From Candidatus Aenigmatarchaeota archaeon (GTDB taxonomy: Archaea; Aenigmatarchaeota; Aenigmatarchaeia; QMZP01; JAUXAV01): a DNA stretch of 42,178 bases. Both the position numbers and the translations under genes were made by a program. Each line of letters begins with the position of its first letter. Positions within the stretch are counted from its first letter, which is position 1. The stretch covers positions 1-42,178 of the forward strand of contig JAUXAV010000001.1 in NCBI GenBank assembly GCA_030619735.1, given 5' to 3'. This document shows positions 27,508-34,504 of this stretch, in pieces. A model generated the notes under the pieces. That model had not been told where the DNA came from. It was given only the letters and a program-made list of their open reading frames with translations, and ran no database searches.

Positions 27508-28629
27508 TTAAAGATTAAAAAAGGATTTTACACCAGAAATCACCCTGTCAATATCCTCCTGCTTCATGTCCGGGTAAAGCGGGAGTGTTACCAGCCTTTT
27601 CCATATCCTGTCCGCAACAGGCACATCTGCAGGAACATTGCTGTATATCTTGTGCATGTGAAGAGGGAGATAGTGGACGCTTGTTGATATCCCCAGTTTC
27701 TGCATATGCTCCATAAATCTGTCCCTATTTTCTATTTTGGCAACGTAGTTGTGATGCGAGCTTTCGGCATATTCCTTTACCACAGGGGTCTCTATGCCGT
27801 TTATATCAGCAAATGCCTCGTTATATATCTTTGTAATCTCTTTTCTGCGCCTGTTGGTTTCTTTGAGCCTCTCCAGCTGGGCGATTCCAAGGGCCGCGAT
27901 TATGTCGTTCATATGGCTCTTGAATCCCAATTCCTTTACCTCATAGCGCCAGGAATAGGAGGCCTTGCCTGAACGCTGGTGCGTGCTCTTGTCAATGCCG
28001 AACCATCTGAGAAGCTTTGCCCTTTCAGCAACCTCGGGTATGTTCGTGGTAAGCATGCCCCCGTCGCCAGTGGTCAGGTTCTTAACTGCATGGAAGCTGA
28101 AGCAGCCTGCATCGCCAAGGGAGCCGGCGGGTTTTCCCTTGTAAAGGGAGCCGCAGGCATGAGCAGCATCTTCTATAACCCTTATCCCCCTGTCCCGGGC
28201 TGTCTCAAGTATCTCATCCATCTCTACTGGATGCCCCCCGTAGTGCACCACTATTATTGCCTTTGTTTTTTCAGTTATCTTCCTCTTCACGTCCTCAACA
28301 TCTATGTTGAGGGTGTCCTCCCTTATATCAGCAAAAACCGGTTTTGCATTGCAGTAATTGGCCACCAGGGCAGTGGAAATGAATGTGATTGCAGGGACAA
28401 TGACCTCCCCTGAGTTTATATTGAATGCCGCAAGCGCTAGGTGCATTGCGGCTGTTCCTGAGTTGAGGCCCACTGCGTATTTTGTCCGGCAGAAATCGCT
28501 GAACCTGCTCTCAAATTCCCTTGTCTTGGGGCCGAAGGTTATCCAGCCTGAGCGGAGCACATCTGTTACGTACTCTATCTCCTTTTCTGTCATGGAGGGC
28601 TTGAAAACAGGTATTATCTTTTTATCCAT
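27508..28629 (-). CDS. DegT/DnrJ/EryC1/StrS-family PLP-dependent sugar aminotransferase
   Basis: LNSGTAAMHLAL, IEDAAHA and SFHAVKNLTTGDGG (Schiff-base Lys). Confidence 0.85.
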   Translation of the reverse strand: MDKKIIPVFKPSMTEKEIEYVTDVLRSGWITFGPKTREFESRFSDFCRTKYAVGLNSGTAAMHLALAAFNINSGEVIVPAITFISTALVANYCNAKPVFADIREDTLNIDVEDVKRKITEKTKAIIVVHYGGHPVEMDEILETARDRGIRVIEDAAHACGSLYKGKPAGSLGDAGCFSFHAVKNLTTGDGGMLTTNIPEVAERAKLLRWFGIDKSTHQRSGKASYSWRYEVKELGFKSHMNDIIAALGIAQLERLKETNRRRKEITKIYNEAFADINGIETPVVKEYAESSHHNYVAKIENRDRFMEHMQKLGISTSVHYLPLHMHKIYSNVPADVPVADRIWKRLVTLPLYPDMKQEDIDRVISGVKSFFNL

Positions 28630-28725
28630 ATCTGCATCTCCTATTAACTAAGTGCATAGTTAAACTATGCAGAGATGTCTCTTGCACCGTTAACCAATAA
28701 TATTGGTTGACTGGAGACAAGATAT
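28630..28725 (-). repeat. Leader repeat, copy 2: fills the whole cupin-to-aminotransferase intercistronic spacer
   Basis: TGCAGAGATGTCTCTTG at 28668-28684. A near-perfect 11-bp palindromic hairpin at 28689-28699 / 28701-28711. GGAGACAAGATAT at 28713-28725. AATAGGAGATGCAGAT lies directly before the ATG at 28629. Confidence 0.8.
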
Positions 28726-29121
28726 TCACCCTTTTTTCACGCTCCATTTGTATGCGTCAGGGTTTTCAGGATTGTACGGCAGGGTGGTGTAGATGAAGAG
28801 CACGGCATCCCTGTCCCCGATGTTTTCAATTGCATGGCCAATACTGGGGTCCACCCGGACTGTTATAGGCTTCTCCCCGCTCATTCTCATCCTTTCCTTT
28901 CCCAGGTAAAACATGACCTCCCCGGAGAAGATAGTAAAGAATTCTGTCTGCCTTTTATGGTAGTGAAGGCCCTTTGTTTTGCCTGGCTTGATAACGATAA
29001 GGTAATTCTGGCCAAAATCCTTTACTCCCTTCATAATTTCTGAATCAGAACGCAGGGTTTCCATTACTATGCCATTGTCATCAGTTACAACCTTCACCTT
29101 CTTTTTCATCATCTCAATCAT
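28726..29121 (-). CDS. RmlC-like cupin (sugar-nucleotide isomerase/epimerase-like)
   Basis: 131 aa. KGLHYHKRQTEFFTIFSGEV..., then HAIEN...LFIYTTLPYNPENPD. Small cupin barrel of the WxcM/FdtA/RmlC type. Specific activity not assignable. Confidence 0.55.
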   Translation of the reverse strand: MIEMMKKKVKVVTDDNGIVMETLRSDSEIMKGVKDFGQNYLIVIKPGKTKGLHYHKRQTEFFTIFSGEVMFYLGKERMRMSGEKPITVRVDPSIGHAIENIGDRDAVLFIYTTLPYNPENPDAYKWSVKKG

Positions 29122-30134
29122 CCCTCTTCAACAAACCATTCCTTTGCCCTCTTAAGCCCTTCGTCAAAGCTTATCTTCGGTTCCCAGCCCAGGGTCTCCC
29201 TTATTTTGGTAGTGTCCGGGCATCTCCTGTTCGGATCGTCCTTTGGAAGGGGCTTGTGCTCAATCTCAACGTCCCCGAAGAGCCCGACTATCTTTTCAGC
29301 CACATCCTTCATGGCCACCTCCTCACTCCCGCCTATATTGAAAAACTGCCTGGATGCCTCTTTCTTCAGTGAAACGTCCAGTACTCCCCTGAGCGCATCC
29401 GAAAGATAGAGGAAGGCCCTTGTTTGCTTTCCGTTGCCGTAGAGGGTTATCTTTTTCTCCTTCTTGGCGTTGACCAGCCAGTTTGCAATCACCTTTCCGT
29501 GGGGGTAGCCGAAGCTCTGCCTCGGACCGAATATGTTGAAGAACCTCAGTATGCGGAAGTCGACCCCGTGCTGGCGGTCGAATGCATGGATTATGGCCTC
29601 TGCAGCACGCTTGCCCTCATCATAGGTGGAGCGCGGGCCTGTGCAGGAAACATTGCCCCTGTAGGTCTCCGGGGTGGGCACCACCGTAGGGTCACCGTAT
29701 ATCTCTGAGCTGCTCGGGAAAAAGAAGGTTGAGTTCCATTCATGGGCTTTTTTCAGGAGCGCGTGGGTGCCAAGTATATTGGTCAGGAATATATCAACAC
29801 CATATTTGAGGAAGGCACCTGGGGCATTGACGCTGGCCAGATGGTAGATGATGTCAAATCCGGAAAGTCCTTCTGGTATCTTGCCGCTCCGGAGGTCCCA
29901 TTTTATGAGCTTGAAATTGCTGTTGCCTGCAAGGTGCTCTATGTTCCTTGGGGGGCCGCTGGAGAAGTTGTCCAGGCACACCACCTCGTTTCCTGTCTTG
30001 ATAAAGAAGTCGCACAGGGAGCTGCCTATGAATCCGGCGCCGCCTGTGATAAGGATTTTCTTGCTGCTTATCTCTGGGGAGTTCTTTATTACATTTTCTA
30101 TGTCTTCCCGGAGTATCCTGTTCATGGAAATCAC
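29118..30134 (-). CDS. UXS/ArnA-C-terminal-like NAD-dependent sugar-nucleotide decarboxylase/dehydratase (second paralogue)
   Basis: ILITGGAGFIGSSL and PSSSEIYGDPTVVPTPETYRGNVSCTGPRSTYDEGKRAAEAI. Same signature block as uxs but diverged. Confidence 0.7.
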   Translation of the reverse strand: MISMNRILREDIENVIKNSPEISSKKILITGGAGFIGSSLCDFFIKTGNEVVCLDNFSSGPPRNIEHLAGNSNFKLIKWDLRSGKIPEGLSGFDIIYHLASVNAPGAFLKYGVDIFLTNILGTHALLKKAHEWNSTFFFPSSSEIYGDPTVVPTPETYRGNVSCTGPRSTYDEGKRAAEAIIHAFDRQHGVDFRILRFFNIFGPRQSFGYPHGKVIANWLVNAKKEKKITLYGNGKQTRAFLYLSDALRGVLDVSLKKEASRQFFNIGGSEEVAMKDVAEKIVGLFGDVEIEHKPLPKDDPNRRCPDTTKIRETLGWEPKISFDEGLKRAKEWFVEEG

Positions 30135-30156
30135 TTAAGATATTTATTATAACTAT

Positions 30157-30786
30157 TTAAATCTTAATTTCACCAGTTTCTGACTGGTTGTTGAGATTAG
30201 TGACCCTACGCCTGCGGGTCATTCTGCGGTAGCATCTGTATGGAATATATGCTAATAGCTTTATAAGGCAAAGGGACAGGCGGCCCCTAAGATTGAAGGC
30301 TATCATCATCAGATAGTTGTCACCGCCATCAGAGCATACACAGAAGCCATGCTTTTTGTAAAGATGGATGGCTGCCTGGTTTTTTTTCCACACGGCCGCA
30401 CAGATATAGGGGTATTTTTCCCTCCCTATTCTTGTTATTTTTTTCAGCAACCTGCTGCCAATGCCCTTGTTGCGGAACCCGGGAAGGACAGCAATAAACA
30501 GTGATAATACGCCACTAGCTTTCTTGATTCCGGCAAGCCCAAGGATGGTGCTGCCTTTTTTTATGTCTGCATCTCTCCTTTTGAACTGTAATGCAGAGAT
30601 GTCTCTTGAACTATTAACCAATTTACTCTGTTCATTGAAAACAAGAAACACGATTTCCTTGTTTTTTGATACATCATGCCTTAAGGCGCTCTGTATTCTT
30701 TTGTCCTCCCCCTTCAGTCCCCTGAAGAAATGCTCCATTGCCGGCGTCATACAAACACTTATATTTATTGCAATATTTAAATTCAT
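30157..30786 (-). CDS. GNAT-family N-acetyltransferase carrying an internal repeat-derived segment and an odd basic tail
   Basis: FIAVLPGFRNKGIGSRLLKK...NQAAIHLYKKHGF is the acetyl-CoA-binding core. Residues ~58-78 (NSSRDISALQFKRRDADIKK) are encoded by leader-repeat copy 3. A ~45-aa Arg-rich tail follows the normal GNAT end. Confidence 0.65.
   Translation of the reverse strand: MNLNIAINISVCMTPAMEHFFRGLKGEDKRIQSALRHDVSKNKEIVFLVFNEQSKLVNSSRDISALQFKRRDADIKKGSTILGLAGIKKASGVLSLFIAVLPGFRNKGIGSRLLKKITRIGREKYPYICAAVWKKNQAAIHLYKKHGFCVCSDGGDNYLMMIAFNLRGRLSLCLIKLLAYIPYRCYRRMTRRRRVTNLNNQSETGEIKI
30565..30650 (-). repeat. Leader repeat, copy 3 (shortened, hairpin lost), embedded in-frame in the GNAT ORF
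   Basis: TGCAGAGATGTCTCTTG at 30592-30608 is identical to copies 1 and 2. GTCTGCATCTCTCCT at 30565-30579 corresponds to ATCTGCATCTCCT of the other copies. ATA occupies the position of their ATG. Confidence 0.7.
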
Positions 30787-31502
30787 TCTTTTACATTCCT
30801 AGCTATTATCAGAACATGGATGGGCTTGAACTGGTGGATTATTGAGTCAAGCATGAAGAAGGGCTTGAGGAGCTGGAACGCTATTCTGTATAATAGGAAT
30901 TTCCTGGAGGATTTAAGCTTCCTTAGATTGGAGTCCGACATTTTTCTTTTGAAGAGTTTGTAGTATGGCCTGAGTGTTGAGCCGAACTCTATTGTCCTTG
31001 TTGCAGTGAATCCTGCCTGGGCAAGCTTCAACATTAGCCGAAAGGTTGTGTATCGCCTCCTGTGCCCCACAGCCTTATCCACTTCTGACCACATCCCCAT
31101 ATCAAGGGGAACTGACACCACCAAGGTTCCGCCAGGCTTGAGGACCCTGTTCGCCTCTTGTAGTGCCTTTTTATCATTGTCCAGATGCTCCAAGGTGTCA
31201 ATCAGTAGTGTGTTATCAAAGGAGTCGTTCTCAAAGGGGAGGCTCTCCGCCGTGCCGTGGTACCCCCTGTTGCCTGTCTCCCTCCTGTAAACCTCAAGTA
31301 TCCTTTCATCTATGTCCAAGCCCGTTACCTCCCCGCTTACCATCCTAGACTTCTCGCCTATCCAACAGCCTATGTCAAGGGTTGAGCCTTCCAGCTTCCC
31401 CAATACCTTGCTGAATAGCCTTGCCTTTATGTAGGCTTCTGGGCCTCTCTGGCCTGTCAGCAGTTCGTACCTGTCTGACATCCCTTTGTGGGCTTCAATC
31501 AT
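30783..31502 (-). CDS. Class I SAM-dependent methyltransferase
   Basis: 239 aa. TLDIGCWIGEKS (motif I), FDNTLLIDTLEHL and LKPGGTLVVSVP. ATGA overlaps on both sides indicate translational coupling. Confidence 0.8.
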   Translation of the reverse strand: MIEAHKGMSDRYELLTGQRGPEAYIKARLFSKVLGKLEGSTLDIGCWIGEKSRMVSGEVTGLDIDERILEVYRRETGNRGYHGTAESLPFENDSFDNTLLIDTLEHLDNDKKALQEANRVLKPGGTLVVSVPLDMGMWSEVDKAVGHRRRYTTFRLMLKLAQAGFTATRTIEFGSTLRPYYKLFKRKMSDSNLRKLKSSRKFLLYRIAFQLLKPFFMLDSIIHQFKPIHVLIIARNVKE

Positions 31503-31825
31503 GCTTCTGCCTCCAGCTTGTATATGATTAAAACCACCTGCCCGTTATTGTAAATCTGCTTCACCCTTTCGTATCTCGCATCGCTTTCCAGTTCCTCGTA
31601 TGAGACCATGGAGGGCACTAGGGGCGGCCTGTGTGTGAAGTCATAGGTACATATCCCTGGCTCCCCGTACCTCCCTTCCAGGATGCTCTTTCCCATGAAG
31701 AGGTAGATTGTCTCGTCAGGGTTTATGGAATTCAGGTCCATTAGAGTGAATATCATGATTGTGGTGAAGAGGCAGAGTAGGAAAATGAACAGGAATTCAT
31801 ACCTGGTGGTTTCTGCGCTTTTCAT
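31499..31825 (-). pseudogene. In-frame collapsed GT-C paralogue: N-terminal ~75 aa fused to C-terminal ~33 aa (108-aa single-TM mini-ORF)
   Basis: LMDLNSINPDETIYLFMGKSILEGRY...YDFTHRPPLVPSMVS aligns with FMDLNSLSPDETNYIFVGKSILIGEYPDDFTHRLPFIPSIIS of the 534-aa protein. YEELESDARYERVKQIYNNGQVVLIIYKLEAEA aligns with its tail YNEIENDSRFKKAKEIYRDEQRIFIIYEVSQ. The ORF is intact and overlaps the next gene, so it may still be translated. Confidence 0.7.
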
Positions 31826-31889
31826 ATTACCATTCTTTGGAATTTAGATATTAATATAAAAATAAATATGTTATATTAGCTGTGATTAT

Positions 31890-32153
31890 ATGAAAAAGGA
31901 ACGTATTTACAGTAAATACATCTCAATACACTATTCGAAAGCTAGCCTGTCCCAGGTGCTGAGGGTCTCCGGATTCAGGGATATCAGGGTTTACCCCATG
32001 GACATATATGTGGGAAAGCCCCTAATTGACTGCATTGCAAGGATGGTTTCAAGGGTATTTGATTTGTTTTTCAGGATACTCTTCCTCCTGTACGGGAGGA
32101 CGTCAACAAGGATATTTGCAAAGAGCATATTTGCTATAGGGAGGAAGGGGTGA
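31890..32153 (+). pseudogene. Possible C-terminal stub of a class I methyltransferase
   Basis: 87 aa. HYSKASLSQVLRVSGFRDIRVY and ending SIFAIGRKG resemble the post-motif-III tail of the two methyltransferases here (YRFTKDSLEHLF...GFIVYAKKR). No SAM-binding motifs present. Confidence 0.35.
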
Positions 32154-33257
32154 GTGATAATGATACAGGCGTTTGAACTGAACAGGCAGTACCATTCCAT
32201 TAAGGGGGAGATTGACAAGAAAATCCAGGAGGTTTTGGATAAGGGGAACATGATACTGGGCGAGAATGTCAGCTGCTTTGAGAGGGATTTTTCAGGGTAT
32301 TGCAATACAAAATTCGGTATAGGGGTTGGCTCAGGGACTGCTGCAATACATCTGGCGCTGCTTTCATGCGGTGTTTCAAACGGCGACGAGGTCATAACAG
32401 TCCCAAATACAGCAGTGCCAACGGTCTCTGCCATATCCCTGGCGAATGCCATTCCGGTCTTTGTGGATGTTGACCCGGAGACCTACACCATCAACACAAA
32501 AAAAATCGAGGAAGGGATAACCAGAAAAACCAAGGCCATTATCCCTGTCCATCTGTACGGGCATCCCTGCGACATGGACCCTGTTTTGGAAATAGCTGAA
32601 AAGCACGGATTGAGGGTCATAGAGGATGCCTGCCAGGCGCATGGCGCCAAATACAAGGGCAGGAGCGTCGGCTCCCTGGGGGATATCGGGTGCTTCTCCT
32701 TCTACCCCACCAAGAACCTCGGGGCATACGGGGATGGCGGCATGGTTGTGACAAGGAATGAAGAGCTCGCTGAAACCGTAAGACTGCTCAGGAATTACGG
32801 GCAAACCGAGAAGAATGTGCATAAGATAATAGGATTTAACTCCAGGCTTGATGAGATACAGGCCGCCATCCTCAGGGTGAAGCTCAAGCACCTGGAGGAA
32901 TGGAACGCCAGCAGGGCAGGGAAGGCAAGGCTGTACCATAAGCTCCTGGATGATTCGGTTATTACCAGGCCTGTTGAAAGGAAATGGGCCAGGCACGTGC
33001 ATCATCTTTACGTGGTCAGGTCAGGAAAAAGAAATCAGCTTCAGGAGTGGCTGAAATCCCAGGGCATACTAACAAACATACACTACCCCACCCCTGTTCA
33101 TATGCAGGAGGCCTACAGCTATCTGGGCTACGGGAAGGGCAGCTTCCCTGTCAGTGAAAGGAACGCAGGGGAGATACTGTCACTGCCCATGTTCCCTGAG
33201 CTTACCAGGGAGGAGATAGAAAGGGTGGCAGCTGCTGTAAACAGTATGAAACAGTGA
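32154..33257 (+). CDS. DegT/DnrJ/EryC1/StrS-family PLP-dependent sugar aminotransferase
   Basis: [23 protein letters not shown] and [15 protein letters not shown] (catalytic Lys). The start may be GTG 32154 or ATG 32160. Confidence 0.85.
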   Translation: MIMIQAFELNRQYHSIKGEIDKKIQEVLDKGNMILGENVSCFERDFSGYCNTKFGIGVGSGTAAIHLALLSCGVSNGDEVITVPNTAVPTVSAISLANAIPVFVDVDPETYTINTKKIEEGITRKTKAIIPVHLYGHPCDMDPVLEIAEKHGLRVIEDACQAHGAKYKGRSVGSLGDIGCFSFYPTKNLGAYGDGGMVVTRNEELAETVRLLRNYGQTEKNVHKIIGFNSRLDEIQAAILRVKLKHLEEWNASRAGKARLYHKLLDDSVITRPVERKWARHVHHLYVVRSGKRNQLQEWLKSQGILTNIHYPTPVHMQEAYSYLGYGKGSFPVSERNAGEILSLPMFPELTREEIERVAAAVNSMKQ

Positions 33258-33310
33258 TATATGTTTATAAAGGATTATATGAATAAAAGAGTGCTGAGGA
33301 GGTCAGTTGA

Positions 33311-34396
33311 ATGAAGGGTCTGATACTCGCAGGTGGCTTGGGAACAAGGCTGAGGCCGCTTACATACAGCGGTTCCAAGCAGCTGATACCTGTGGCGAAT
33401 AAGCCTGTGCTGTTCTACGGAATCGAGGACCTGAAGGAGGCAGGAATAAGGGACATAGGAATAATCGTGGGCTACACCGATGAAAGGGTACAGTTCATTA
33501 AGGATGCTGTGGGGGACGGCTCAAGATGGGGGGTGAAGATTACATACATAAGGCAGGACGCACCAAGGGGTCTGGCCCATGCGGTTACAACAGCAAGGGA
33601 TTTTATAGGGGGTGATGATTTTGTTGTTTATCTGGGGGACAATATACTGAACAAGGGGATAAGCAGCTTTGCTGAGGAATTCAGAAATTCGGATATGGAT
33701 GCAAGCATACTGGTCACGCAGGTGGAGCACCCGGAGATATATGGAGTGGCCATGATTGGCGATAACAGAGAGATAATAGAGATTGAGGAAAAGCCGGAGA
33801 ATCCCAAGAGCAACTATGCGATTGTCGGTGTTTATTTTTTCAGGTCCTCTATCTTTGAGGCAATCAAGAAGATAAAGCCAGGGAAAGGGGGCGAACTGGA
33901 ACTAACAGATGCCATCCATGAGCTGGTTGTTTCAGATAAGCACAGGGTGAATGCCCATGTTGTGAAGGGCTGGTGGGATGATACAGGAACAGCTGAGGCA
34001 GTGCTCCGTGCCAATCACCTCGTTTTGACCGATTTGAAAGCGAAGCGAGAGGGCATTGTAGAGGAGGGAGTGCGGCTCATTGGGAATGTGGCTCTAGGTA
34101 AGAATACGATTATTAAAGCGGGAACCTTGATACGTGGTCCGGTTATTATTGGGAAGGATTGCCAAATTGGACCAACATACTTGGGTCCATATACCTCCAT
34201 CGGGGATAACTGCGTCATCCGAGGTGGAGAGATTGAGTCATCAATTATCATTGGCGATACACACATCAATTTGGAAGCTAATAAACGGATTGTTGATAGC
34301 TTGATAGGGCGGCATACTATTATCAATTCGGCGAGAGAAACTTTGCCCAGCGGCTGCAAACTTGTCCTCGGTGAGAACTCGGAGGTACAAATATAG
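33311..34396 (+). CDS. rmlA: Glucose-1-phosphate thymidylyltransferase, long form with C-terminal left-handed beta-helix; chimeric codon usage
   Basis: MKGLILAGGLGTRLRPLTYSGSKQLIPVANKP plus hexapeptide-repeat C-terminus. The first 12 Arg codons are all AGG/AGA. Of the last 8, from codon 233 (34007) on, 7 are CGN. Confidence 0.8.
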   Translation: MKGLILAGGLGTRLRPLTYSGSKQLIPVANKPVLFYGIEDLKEAGIRDIGIIVGYTDERVQFIKDAVGDGSRWGVKITYIRQDAPRGLAHAVTTARDFIGGDDFVVYLGDNILNKGISSFAEEFRNSDMDASILVTQVEHPEIYGVAMIGDNREIIEIEEKPENPKSNYAIVGVYFFRSSIFEAIKKIKPGKGGELELTDAIHELVVSDKHRVNAHVVKGWWDDTGTAEAVLRANHLVLTDLKAKREGIVEEGVRLIGNVALGKNTIIKAGTLIRGPVIIGKDCQIGPTYLGPYTSIGDNCVIRGGEIESSIIIGDTHINLEANKRIVDSLIGRHTIINSARETLPSGCKLVLGENSEVQI

Positions 34397-34405
34397 AAGG
34401 AAACG

Positions 34406-34450
34406 CATATCTTAATAACTAGCGGCGTCGGCTTTGTCAGCTCTAATTTA
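34406..34450 (+). pseudogene. rmlB: Degenerate N-terminal Rossmann stub of rmlB (dTDP-glucose 4,6-dehydratase)
   Basis: Translation HILITSGVGFVSSNL versus the canonical (I/V)L(I/V)TGGAGFIGSNL; two Gly of GxxGxxG are now Ser. No start codon. Sits where rmlB normally starts, behind rmlA. Confidence 0.45.
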
Positions 34451-34504
34451 AGAAATGAAGAAAAGGTTCCTGCACAAGGGCCGTGGGGCCGGAGGTATCA
34501 AAGG

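Noticed and set aside
30157-30290. Arg-rich C-terminal extension of the GNAT ORF (YRRMTRRRRV...) as a functional nucleic-acid-binding tail
   Set aside because: No supporting motif. It more likely reflects read-through into formerly non-coding or remnant DNA, and it is noted only as an anomaly.
9663-30650. Whether the three-copy repeat could be a CRISPR array or a MITE
   Set aside because: The copies are 19 kb and 2 kb apart with no regular spacing and no cas genes, so this is not CRISPR. The terminal inverted repeats are weak (only TGTCTC/GAGACA) and no target-site duplication is visible, so a MITE call is unsupported.
34397-34504. In-frame, stop-free stretch linking the rmlA stop to the radical-SAM ATG (could suggest a longer fusion protein including the Rossmann stub)
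   Set aside because: There is no ATG/GTG/TTG start in that frame between the rmlA TAG and ATG 34505. The stub has lost two glycines of GxxGxxG. It is treated as a remnant, and the shared frame is noted as possibly coincidental.
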